Of a stretch of DNA of 64,000 nucleotides, positions 18,729-27,068 are shown in pieces (the first letter of the stretch is position 1; every line of letters starts with the position of its first letter). The notes beneath the pieces were generated by a model. That model saw nothing but the letters and a program-made list of their open reading frames with translations, was not told the DNA's origin and did not search any database. This DNA comes from Candidatus Uhrbacteria bacterium RIFCSPHIGHO2_02_FULL_46_47. GTDB lineage: Bacteria > Patescibacteriota > Patescibacteriia > GWA2-47-26. The stretch covers positions 108-64,107 of the forward strand of contig MGDU01000022.1 of NCBI GenBank assembly GCA_001790815.1. Reading direction: 5' to 3'. The position numbers and the translations under genes are program-made.

Positions 18729-20874
18729 GGCTTACTTGACTTGTAATTTTTGAACGTGCTCCGGCTTGTTGTTCTATAGTTAGCGCGTAGGTAATGGTGT
18801 TGTGTAAATATCTCAAGGGGATTTCATAGGTAATTTTACCTTGCACGGCCTCCCCCGGATTGACAATAAGCCAGTTTCCAAATACAGTTTTACCGCGTTC
18901 GTTCCATATGCGCGTGCCGCTTGCAAGATCAGCGCGTGCTTCAGTTTCCTCATTCCTGATATCGGGATCCGGATCAAGCGTAATCGGCGGTTTTTCAAAA
19001 AGATGCGACGGGGGAATACTAAATCCGCTTGCTGAAATGAGCCGCGCATCTTTTGGCACATACATTCGCACAAACGAATAATTGCGGATGCCAAGTAATT
19101 TGTCCCCATGTTTCCCATGGTGAGTTCGCGTAAGGGTTACTGTTGTAAGAATTGTCCCTTCGCGTGTTATCCGTGCCTCATGGTGAATATTTTGATCAAT
19201 AACACCGTCGGTTTTTCCTCCGCCTACATTTGAAGTAATTACTGAAAGATAGTCTCCGCTGACTTCTTTAAGCGCGCCGGAGGCACCAAGGCGATGCAAT
19301 GCCGCCTCGGTTTCCTCATCGCGACTCCAAATCTGGATGTCTTTTTTATAAAGAGCGTTGATTAGAATTGTGAGTGCGGTTTGAGGATTACTTCGTGTAA
19401 GTTCGCGCGCCTTTTCAGTTACAGCTGGGAAGAGCGTGGTAATAATTCTTTTAGGAGTTTTGCGATTTGTCTCGCGATCACGCGCAATAATATTTTGGAG
19501 TTGATCAATAAAATTTTGCGCGGTAAATTTTTCCCCGCCTGACAATGTGATAGGCCCCGCGCTTTTAAGAATCTCCTCACCCAGATAGGCAGTAATCGCA
19601 ATGACGCCATCAAGAGTCGGTCCGCCGGTTGCCCCGTACAGTTCAGAAATTTTTTTGGCGGAAGTCGGAAAGTCAGGCCACCAGTTCGCGTCCTGCAGTT
19701 CAAAGCGGGGATTGATAAGGTGAAGAGGCTTGGGTGAGATACGATTAAGTGTGAGTTGTCCTTGAACATCATAACTGCCGCCTGAAGGAATTTCGACATT
19801 GTCTATTTTTCCGTTATTGATGGTAAGCAGTGCTAAAGACCCGGCAAATCCTCCGGTAGCGCGAAGTTCGCGTGGATTTTGGAAGACCAGGAGAATCTTC
19901 TTTTGCTCGCGGCTTCCACTCAAATCAGTAAGCACCGTAAGAATATCCTCTGTCGCGCGGAGTTTTTCTTTAAGCGGCGAAAGTATTGGTTTCCAAGACT
20001 GGCGATCAGCAATAAGCCGCATTTTTTCGCTTAAATAGGAAATTTCAGTTGACGCCTCGCTTAGCAATGTGGAAAACGATGCTGTCCCAGCTTTAAAATT
20101 CAAAAGTGTAGTGAGCAGTTGCTTACCGGAGAGCGCCGTAAGTTCAGAAAGTTCAAGGGCGGTATACTTTGCTTTTATGTGCGCCGGAAAAATTAAACGC
20201 AGCGGCCCAAAAGCATGCAAAGTCTGCCGCAGGTCCTTAATATTTCCAAGACTAAAAGCGAGCTCGGTTTTCGCGCGCGTAAAATCTTGCGCGCGCAGTG
20301 CATCAATAAATGCGTTTGCATGTTGTACGCCCTCGCTCATATTAGATGCTACTTTATATTCTGTCGCTTTTACGGCGCGGTATATGAGCAGGCCTTGTAC
20401 TGGAAGAGTAATTGCCACCAGCAATAGAAAAAATATTCCGACGCGCTCATGGCGGAAAATCGCCGGAATCGGTATGTACAGCCGCGCACTCCTTTGCCCC
20501 TTGACATGGCGCGTTTTTTGATTAAGACGACCCTTGAGCGTTTTACCAAATGTGGCGGCACTGCTCAAAAATGATGAAAAACCCTCTTGCCAGCCTTGTT
20601 TTTGCGTTTCAATAAGTTTTGCAAAATTTTCCGAGTGAGCTTTTAGTAAATCCGGCACCTCGGCAACGCGTTCGTCAAAGGCCGCAATGCGATTTTGTAG
20701 TCGCAGGTCTTTAGCCTGCGCAATTGTATTTTCGCGGCGCAAATTCAAGACATGGGGCGAGTGCGCGCCTTCATGCGGTTGAATCGCAACAGGGACTGGT
20801 TGTTTTGGTTTTGGGGAAGTTTTTTTAGACATGGGATATGAAGTCGTCACTGAGTGACGGGGCATGCTAGTCAC
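18607..20874 (-). CDS. DUF4012-like membrane protein
   Basis: N-terminal TM, then the NPRELRATGGFAGSLALL motif characteristic of DUF4012 proteins adjacent to cell-wall glycosyltransferases. Confidence 0.45.
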   Translation of the reverse strand: MTSMPRHSVTTSYPMSKKTSPKPKQPVPVAIQPHEGAHSPHVLNLRRENTIAQAKDLRLQNRIAAFDERVAEVPDLLKAHSENFAKLIETQKQGWQEGFSSFLSSAATFGKTLKGRLNQKTRHVKGQRSARLYIPIPAIFRHERVGIFFLLLVAITLPVQGLLIYRAVKATEYKVASNMSEGVQHANAFIDALRAQDFTRAKTELAFSLGNIKDLRQTLHAFGPLRLIFPAHIKAKYTALELSELTALSGKQLLTTLLNFKAGTASFSTLLSEASTEISYLSEKMRLIADRQSWKPILSPLKEKLRATEDILTVLTDLSGSREQKKILLVFQNPRELRATGGFAGSLALLTINNGKIDNVEIPSGGSYDVQGQLTLNRISPKPLHLINPRFELQDANWWPDFPTSAKKISELYGATGGPTLDGVIAITAYLGEEILKSAGPITLSGGEKFTAQNFIDQLQNIIARDRETNRKTPKRIITTLFPAVTEKARELTRSNPQTALTILINALYKKDIQIWSRDEETEAALHRLGASGALKEVSGDYLSVITSNVGGGKTDGVIDQNIHHEARITREGTILTTVTLTRTHHGKHGDKLLGIRNYSFVRMYVPKDARLISASGFSIPPSHLFEKPPITLDPDPDIRNEETEARADLASGTRIWNERGKTVFGNWLIVNPGEAVQGKITYEIPLRYLHNTITYALTIEQQAGARSKITSQVSLDPQLQIISGGGEGVWQASGWNFTGVLDKTIANSAILYRL

Positions 20875-20887
20875 TCAGTGACGACTA

Positions 20888-20935
20888 ACAATTCTCCCAT
20901 TTTACACTAAAGAGGCCTGTTCGTACAAGTGTAGA
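20888..20935. promoter_or_regulatory. 16-bp perfect inverted repeat with nested palindromic arms
   Basis: gtcgtcactgagtgac-ggggcatgcta-gtcactcagtgacgac; lies between the DUF4012 gene start and the GT4 stop. Confidence 0.4.
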
Positions 20936-22065
20936 GTTTGCCGCGCGTTATTTTGCCAAGAATATGCGCGGGGAAGCGGTGATTTAACTGGATTGCGAAG
21001 CGCATTAAGAATAGTTTTAGCCATATAATCAGGATTTAGCGGATCAAAATAAGCCGCGGCATCGCCCAAGATTTCGCGATGCACCGGAATGTCTGATACG
21101 GCAACTGGCGTCCCAAAAGCAAGCGCTTCAAGGGGTGGCAGACTAAACCCTTCTTCCAGCGAGGGTTGGACAAGGAGCGCGGCGTTTTTGTAAAGCGCGG
21201 CAAGCTCAGAGTCAGTGGCAGAACCGTAGAATACTATTGAGGATGTAGTATGTAGTACGTAGGACGTAGATTTTAATTTTTTCCAAAACCAATCTTCTCT
21301 TCCGACAAGTACAAGTTTGTACTCTGGCAATTGCGCGCGCACAATTTTCCATGCTTCCAGCAGTCGTGCAAGATTTTTGTGCGGATAAGCCGCACCGATG
21401 TACAAGACGAAGTCATCAGTCATCGGTTCACGGTTCACGGTTTGGTTTGACTTACTGTGAACTGTAGTCTGTGAACTGTTGACTAATGTTGCCGCTTCAT
21501 AAATCACCTGCACCTTCTTTCGCACCTGCGGATACTTGTCCAGCAACTGTTCTTTTACAAAATTGCTCGGTACAATAATCGCGCGCGCGGCCAGCACTGC
21601 GTGGCTAAAAATTAATTTGAACGCTTGGAATTTTAGCCAGTAGGTAATCCGCCCGCGTGTGGAAGACTCCCGCGTGCGATTGGAGGAAAAAAGTTCAAGA
21701 TCATGGATAGTAACAACAAATGGGCGGTTGAAAAAGAAGGGAACGTTCCAATGGGGAAAATGGATAAGTGAGGCGGTAGTACGTAGTAAGTAGTATGTAG
21801 AAAGTTGTTCGCGAATGCCATACCACTGTGCGTTCCAGAGTGCCTTATGAAAGCGTGGATTTTTGGGTTGATATTCGTCAAAATTCGCCCGACGCAAAAA
21901 AATAGTGTAACGAATTTCTCCCTCTCCCTCGGTGGGAGAGGGTTGGGGTGAGGGGGAAATTTGTTCCAGCGCCTCAATCAATTTCATCAAATACCGTCCA
22001 ATCCCGCGCTGGGCTGTCCCATACATCCTGGCATCAATGGCAATGTGCATAAAAGGGCTTGACAA
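20902..22065 (-). CDS. glycosyltransferase family 4 (GT1 fold) with three in-frame repeat inserts
   Basis: EEGFSLPPLEALAFGTPVAVSDIPVHREI motif. Inserts lie at 21236-21273 (HTTSS), 21422-21482 (SQTTVHSKSNQTVNREP) and 21903-21962 (SPSPQPSPTEGEGE). Confidence 0.8.
   Translation of the reverse strand: MSSPFMHIAIDARMYGTAQRGIGRYLMKLIEALEQISPSPQPSPTEGEGEIRYTIFLRRANFDEYQPKNPRFHKALWNAQWYGIREQLSTYYLLRTTASLIHFPHWNVPFFFNRPFVVTIHDLELFSSNRTRESSTRGRITYWLKFQAFKLIFSHAVLAARAIIVPSNFVKEQLLDKYPQVRKKVQVIYEAATLVNSSQTTVHSKSNQTVNREPMTDDFVLYIGAAYPHKNLARLLEAWKIVRAQLPEYKLVLVGREDWFWKKLKSTSYVLHTTSSIVFYGSATDSELAALYKNAALLVQPSLEEGFSLPPLEALAFGTPVAVSDIPVHREILGDAAAYFDPLNPDYMAKTILNALRNPVKSPLPRAYSWQNNARQTLHLYEQASLV
21422..21482. 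repeat. GTTCACAG/ACCGTGAACCG-family repeat, in frame in GT4
   Basis: ggttcacggttcacggtttggtttgacttactgtgaactgtagtctgtgaactg. Copies also at 47655-47700 (intergenic) and 63500-63565 (in frame in another GT4). Confidence 0.65.
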
Positions 22066-22086
22066 GAATAATATATGTGATATACT
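22059..22086 (+). promoter_or_regulatory. sigma70-like promoter (TTGACA-16-TATACT) with no downstream protein gene
   Basis: TTGACA at 22059-22064 and TATACT at 22081-22086. Confidence 0.5.
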
Positions 22087-22092
22087 TTAAAT

Positions 22093-22193
22093 ACGATCCT
22101 TGGTGAAGGCCTGCCGTATGGCAGAGATTGGTCTTTCGCAAGAAAGAATAGCCAAGGTGAACACCCATAAAATCCCTGCGTAAGCAGGGTTTT
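22093..22193 (+). ncRNA. candidate small RNA of about 100 nt
   Basis: Bounded by a consensus promoter and the ccctgc-gtaa-gcaggg+TTTT terminator. Internal helices ccttgg/ccaagg and ctgcc-gtat-ggcag. No ORF. Confidence 0.35.
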
Positions 22194-22761
22194 ATGATAT
22201 TGTAATATTTTGCAAATAACCCGTTTGTTGTGCTTTCCTCACTAGGGCTTGTGCATCCGGATGTTTAAGCAATGCACTGCGGATGCATCCTGCCCACATA
22301 TCTGCAAGACGTATTAGTGGTTCACTTTCATCTCGTTTGCTTTTCACAATACGCAGAGAGATGCCTGTTGCTCTCAGTGCGTTAGTAAGCTGTTTTGCTT
22401 TATAACGATCTATACCATCTACATATACACTTGCGCGATATGGTTGTTGTGCTACAAGTTTGATTGATTTTTCAAGCAGCTCAAGCATTGGGAAAAAATA
22501 AGGAATTGGTTTTCGGTAATGTGCTGTAAAAACACTGCCTTTTGCGATCTTTTTTTCAAGAATTATGGAAAGATATTGTATGCGCCGCGGATAAGATATT
22601 TTGTGCCATTTTAAATGATTGGTCTGTGCAATTTTCTCCGCATTAGTTAATTGCTGGCGAAGAGTTTCTTGATCACTGCTACTCACTATCGCAACTACTA
22701 CAAAGAATTCTGAACCCGCGTCTTGGCCTGCCTCATCAACATAGCAATAAAGTTTCTGCAT
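22192..22761 (-). CDS. DUF3800-family protein
   Basis: N-terminal CYVDEAGQ and C-terminal LIRLADMWAGCIRSAL resemble DUF3800 signatures. Confidence 0.5.
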   Translation of the reverse strand: MQKLYCYVDEAGQDAGSEFFVVVAIVSSSDQETLRQQLTNAEKIAQTNHLKWHKISYPRRIQYLSIILEKKIAKGSVFTAHYRKPIPYFFPMLELLEKSIKLVAQQPYRASVYVDGIDRYKAKQLTNALRATGISLRIVKSKRDESEPLIRLADMWAGCIRSALLKHPDAQALVRKAQQTGYLQNITIS

Positions 22762-22809
22762 AAACTATAAACAAAAAAGCACTTCTAGTGCTTTAAACAT
22801 ACCAAACTC

Positions 22810-22838
22810 TTGACATTTTGGCAAAAATATGATAATAT
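22810..22838 (+). promoter_or_regulatory. sigma70-like promoter (TTGACA-17-TAATAT) for cassette C
   Basis: Shares the 15-mer cttgacattttggca with 2131-2145; followed by a structured leader of about 150 nt. Confidence 0.5.
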
Positions 22839-22996
22839 AAAATATGCTCTTTTAAAGCAAAACTACCTAATGAGGAGAGCTTATTTATCATATTTTTATG
22901 TGGTAAGCAAGCTCTTCTCATAACGAGGAAGCCTCTGGGCCCCGGAGTGAGGGGCAAAACGCTTTTCGGGCAATCAAGCCTGAAAGGAGAACGACC

Positions 22997-23923
22997 ATGG
23001 GATCCAACGATTCTTTCCACGCAATGCGGCGCGGCCTGTCCGAGGGTCAATCCGAGGCGCTCCTGCGCAACGTCTGGCTTGCCGGTGGCGGCGACCAGGG
23101 CGGCAACGAGGCCGTCCATGCCCTGCTCCGCGGCGAGATGAAGGTCATCTTGCAGGACGCGATCGTTCTGCTCGTGGACGCGACCGGCCGGTGCATCCCG
23201 CTTCCCACGATCAAGGGCGAGCACGTGGATGCCAACCGCGACTTCTGCCTGGTCCAGCCCGCGATCGACTACGCCGCTATTCTCGGCCGCCTTCAGCAGT
23301 TCTTCGCGCCTGGGATGAAGTTTGTCTCGGCCGAGGAGTTCGCCAAGCAGGCCACGGCGCTCATCACGCGGATCCGTGAGACCAAGCAGGTCGCCAACTT
23401 GCTCAAGGGCGTGTGCCTGCCCATCGTCCTGCCGCAGATTACCGTCGCGAACTACGGGCAGACCCTGGAGGAGACCTTCCTTACGGCGGCCGAGCGCGCG
23501 TACCAGGCGCAGTACCCCGACCGGACGTTCTACAACTACCGCGCGGGCACGCTCGCCGGGCAGGTCCAGATCGTCGAAGAGAGCCGGCACCAGCGGCTCG
23601 TGGAGAAGATGGCCAAGGGCCCTGTGGTCCTCATCCACTTCCCAAACCCCATGCAGGGCTTCTCCATCCCGGCAGATCGCAAGATGATCAGCGCGTTGCC
23701 CGAGGGCTTCATGCTCGCAGGCGCGCTCGACACGGCGACGTCCGTCGTCGCTCACACCGTGACGCTCGCGCGTAACTACCACACACCCGGACTGGACTGC
23801 GCCGCGAACTCTTGGCGGGGCCTTTCGCTCTGCTTCAAGGCCAGCGACGACGGGCTCGGCTTCCGCTACAGGCGCCTGATCGCCGACGACGACTGCTCGG
23901 GCGGCCTGTCCTTCGTCGGGTAG
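22997..23923 (+). CDS. hypothetical protein, GC-rich orphan (cassette C)
   Basis: 308 aa with an AAAGGAGA Shine-Dalgarno and a terminator at 24005-24046; visibly GC-rich; no family recognised. Confidence 0.6.
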   Translation: MGSNDSFHAMRRGLSEGQSEALLRNVWLAGGGDQGGNEAVHALLRGEMKVILQDAIVLLVDATGRCIPLPTIKGEHVDANRDFCLVQPAIDYAAILGRLQQFFAPGMKFVSAEEFAKQATALITRIRETKQVANLLKGVCLPIVLPQITVANYGQTLEETFLTAAERAYQAQYPDRTFYNYRAGTLAGQVQIVEESRHQRLVEKMAKGPVVLIHFPNPMQGFSIPADRKMISALPEGFMLAGALDTATSVVAHTVTLARNYHTPGLDCAANSWRGLSLCFKASDDGLGFRYRRLIADDDCSGGLSFVG

Positions 23924-24004
23924 TAGCGTCTCTCGGGCTTCGTTCTCTTGTCCTTTGGATCAAGTCGCTTGTGGATTTGGTCTTTGGGACGACTCAGTTT
24001 CATG

Positions 24005-24046
24005 GCGGGCGTACGACTCACAATCGTACGACCCGCCTTTTTTAAT
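24005..24046 (+). terminator. rho-independent terminator of cassette C
   Basis: ggcgggcgtacgactcacaatcgtacgacccgcc followed by tttttt. Confidence 0.6.
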
Positions 24047-24058
24047 TGACGCTTCGCG

Positions 24059-25897
24059 TCACATCTCCTCCACCGTTTCTATGGTCAGCAAGTGCAGGCC
24101 TTGCTTGAGAGTTTTTTGGATGGCGGAGATAAGGGCCAGACGGAAGGCGCGGGTGGGTTTAGCGGATTTGAGCACTGGCGAGTTTTCATAAAAATCAGAA
24201 AATTGCTGGGCAAGTTTGTACAAGTATTGGGCAAGATGAGAGGGACCGCGATCTTGCGCGGCCTGTGTGATAATTTCTGGAAAGCGGGCGAGTTGGAAAA
24301 TTAGGTGCCATTCAAGATTACTCATACCCTCACCCCTCATAACGCCCCCTTCCCCCCCTCTTATCTTAAGAGGGGGTTGGGGGGAGTTACTGCCTGCTTT
24401 GCGCAGGATGCTGGCGATGCGCGCATAGGTGTACAACAAATACGGTCCAGTATCGCCGGTAAAGGCAATTGAGGCCTTAGGATCAAAATGTACTGCGGTT
24501 TTTGGCGCAACTTTGAGCAAATAATAGCGCACTGCGGCTTGGGCAATAATTTCCGCGCGATCTTCAATTTCTTTTTCGTTTAAATGATCATGCCGCGTAC
24601 GCACCTCTTCTTTAATCAGTCCCAGCATGTGATCCAAAAGCGCATCGGCTTCCACTACTGTTCCCTCCCGGGTTTTCATTTTTCCTTCCGGCAAAAATAC
24701 ATGGCCATAAGTCATGTGCTCACACTGGTTGGCCCATTTATATCCAAGCATCTGGTATATGGCAAAAAGCTGTTTGAAATAAAGATCTTGCTCTTGTCCC
24801 ACACACCAGATTGATCGCGAAAGTTTATATTTTCTGAATTTCTCTGACCCAAGCGCAAGATCTGCTGTAGCATAAATTGCTGTACCATCAGCGCGCTGAA
24901 GAATTTTCGGAGGGAGCGCAGGCTGAAGACCTGCGGCTACAGGGAATTCAATCAATACCGCGCCGGTCTCATCTTTTTTAAATACGCCTTTTTTAAGTCC
25001 TTGTTCCACTACTTTTTTCCCTTGTTTCCAAAGTTGGCTTTCAAAATAGGTGGCATTGAATTTTATGCCCAGCCGTTTAAGTGTTTCATTGATTCCATCA
25101 AGCGCCCAGCCAGACATTTGTTTCCAAAGCGCGAGGGTTTCTTTATCGCCCGCTTCCCATTTTCGCACGAGTTCCTCAGCTTGCTTTTCTAGGGCTAAGC
25201 CCTTAGATTTTTCAGGGCTTAGCCCTGCCCGTTCTTCTTTGGCCTTGCGTTCAAACAATACATACCACTGTACTACAAATTGATCGCCTTTCATGCCTTC
25301 ACTTTTTGGTGTTTTGTCTTTGCCCCAAAGTTTATAGGCCAGCATGGCTTTGGCAATTTGCAATCCGCGATCGTTAAATAAACAGGCGCGTACGATTTTT
25401 GATCCTTGAGACTCCAGCAGGCGGGCGACAGATTCGCCTAAAAATGCGTTGCGCAAGTGGCCAAGGTGGAGCGGTTTGTTGTTGTTGGGTGAGACCATCT
25501 CCATCATGACGCGCTGATTCCCCCTCCCCTGACCCCTCCCACGGGTGGAGGGGGATTGCCGGTTACTCCCTCTCCCTCGATGGGAGAGGGTTGGGGTGAG
25601 GGTGAATACCACCTTCGCCACATCATCTCGCCTCAACCAAAAATTCACATACGGCCCAGCGATTTCTACGCGCTCCACAAGTCCTTGCGGTTGCAATTTG
25701 TGCTGTAACTTTTGTGCCAGCGCGCCCGGTGCTATTTTTTTTTCTTTTGCCAGCGCAAACAGCGGAAGAGAAAAATCTCCCATGGCCGCATTTGGCGGAA
25801 ATACAATATCGGCGGGCGTTGCTTTAACCCCCGCCTTGTTGAGAATTTTTACAATGTCCTCCCGAGCCTGATTAAGCACCATACATAACACGCACAA
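24059..25897 (-). CDS. argS: arginyl-tRNA synthetase with in-frame repeat inserts
   Basis: PNNNKPLHLGHLRNAFLGE (HIGH region) and a DALR-type C-terminus. Inserts lie at 24330-24402, 24917-24940 (R2 element encoding AAGLQPALP) and 25516-25612. Confidence 0.85.
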   Translation of the reverse strand: MCVLCMVLNQAREDIVKILNKAGVKATPADIVFPPNAAMGDFSLPLFALAKEKKIAPGALAQKLQHKLQPQGLVERVEIAGPYVNFWLRRDDVAKVVFTLTPTLSHRGRGSNRQSPSTRGRGQGRGNQRVMMEMVSPNNNKPLHLGHLRNAFLGESVARLLESQGSKIVRACLFNDRGLQIAKAMLAYKLWGKDKTPKSEGMKGDQFVVQWYVLFERKAKEERAGLSPEKSKGLALEKQAEELVRKWEAGDKETLALWKQMSGWALDGINETLKRLGIKFNATYFESQLWKQGKKVVEQGLKKGVFKKDETGAVLIEFPVAAGLQPALPPKILQRADGTAIYATADLALGSEKFRKYKLSRSIWCVGQEQDLYFKQLFAIYQMLGYKWANQCEHMTYGHVFLPEGKMKTREGTVVEADALLDHMLGLIKEEVRTRHDHLNEKEIEDRAEIIAQAAVRYYLLKVAPKTAVHFDPKASIAFTGDTGPYLLYTYARIASILRKAGSNSPQPPLKIRGGEGGVMRGEGMSNLEWHLIFQLARFPEIITQAAQDRGPSHLAQYLYKLAQQFSDFYENSPVLKSAKPTRAFRLALISAIQKTLKQGLHLLTIETVEEM

Positions 25898-27053
25898 AGT
25901 GGCGCTTACCTTTTTGGATAAGTACGCCTTTTTTGGTTAGCGTAATTGTTGTGAGCGGATCTTTAATGACTTTGCCATCAATCTGCACTCCTCCTTGTTC
26001 TACTACTCTGCGCGCCTCGCTTTTGCTTTCGGATAGTTTTGTCTTCACGAGTAAATCAACAATTCCAATACTCATAACTCTTAACTCATAACTCATAACT
26101 CGTTCCGGTGTTTCATGTTTCTGGAACGTTCGCACAAATTCCTCCTCGGCTTGTTTCGCCGCCGATGCGCCGTGATACATCTCCACAATGGTGCGTGCCA
26201 GGCGAGCTTTAGAATCGCGCGGATTAGTTTTAATTTCTTTTTCCGGCACTGTAAGTTCAGTCAGTAATTTGAAATAGGATGAAATTAATGAGTCGGGGAT
26301 AGTCATCAACTTGCCGTACATCTGTGCTGGCGCTTCAGTAATGCCCACATAATTGCCAAGTGATTTGGACATTTTTTGCACGCCATCAAGACCCACAAGC
26401 AAGGGACAGGTAATCACATCTTGCTCCGGCATGCCCATTTTTCTTTGCAAATCGCGACCGGCCAGCATATTGAATTTTTGGTCTGTGCCGCCGATTTCCA
26501 CTGCGGCGCGCACGGCAATGGAATCATAGGCCTGCATGATTGGGTATAGCAGTTCGTGAATTCCAAGCTCTTCGCCTGACTTCAAACGTTTTTGAAAGTC
26601 GTCGCGTTCAATAACGCGGGCAGTGGTAAAATTTGCCGTCAGTTTAATCACTTCCTCAAACGGCATCTTTTTAAACCACTCAGAATTAAAATGAATTTCA
26701 CATTGTTTTATATTGAGAATTTTGTCTACTTGATCAAAATAAGTTTTAGCGTTTTTCTCAACTGTCGCCGCATCAAGTTGTGGCCGTGTTTTTGATTTTC
26801 CGGTGGGGTCGCCAATGCGGCCAGTATAATCGCCAATGATAAATACCACCGTGTGTCCCAAATCCTGAAAGTCGCGCAGTTTGCGCAGTACAACCGTGTG
26901 TCCCAGATGAAGATCCGGCGCTGAGGGATCCATGCCAAGCTTTACCCGCAAGGGTTCTCCGCGCGTAAGATCGCGCTCCAAATGTTCTTTCACAATTACT
27001 TCTTCAACATTATAAGCAAGCAGATGTTCAATTTTTTTCTTCTCCATTTTCAT
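25872..27053 (-). CDS. tyrS: tyrosyl-tRNA synthetase with SYELRV-type insert
   Basis: HLGH, GDPTGKS and KMSKS motifs with a C-terminal S4 domain. Insert at 26078-26112 encodes MSYELRVMS. Confidence 0.85.
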   Translation of the reverse strand: MKMEKKKIEHLLAYNVEEVIVKEHLERDLTRGEPLRVKLGMDPSAPDLHLGHTVVLRKLRDFQDLGHTVVFIIGDYTGRIGDPTGKSKTRPQLDAATVEKNAKTYFDQVDKILNIKQCEIHFNSEWFKKMPFEEVIKLTANFTTARVIERDDFQKRLKSGEELGIHELLYPIMQAYDSIAVRAAVEIGGTDQKFNMLAGRDLQRKMGMPEQDVITCPLLVGLDGVQKMSKSLGNYVGITEAPAQMYGKLMTIPDSLISSYFKLLTELTVPEKEIKTNPRDSKARLARTIVEMYHGASAAKQAEEEFVRTFQKHETPERVMSYELRVMSIGIVDLLVKTKLSESKSEARRVVEQGGVQIDGKVIKDPLTTITLTKKGVLIQKGKRHFVRVMYGA

Positions 27054-27068
27054 AATAACTGCATTGTA

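Noticed and set aside
23322-23775. Arg/Pro-rich alternative-frame ORFs inside cassette C.
   Set aside because: They are low-complexity products of off-frame reading of GC-rich coding sequence and overlap the well-supported 22997-23923 frame.
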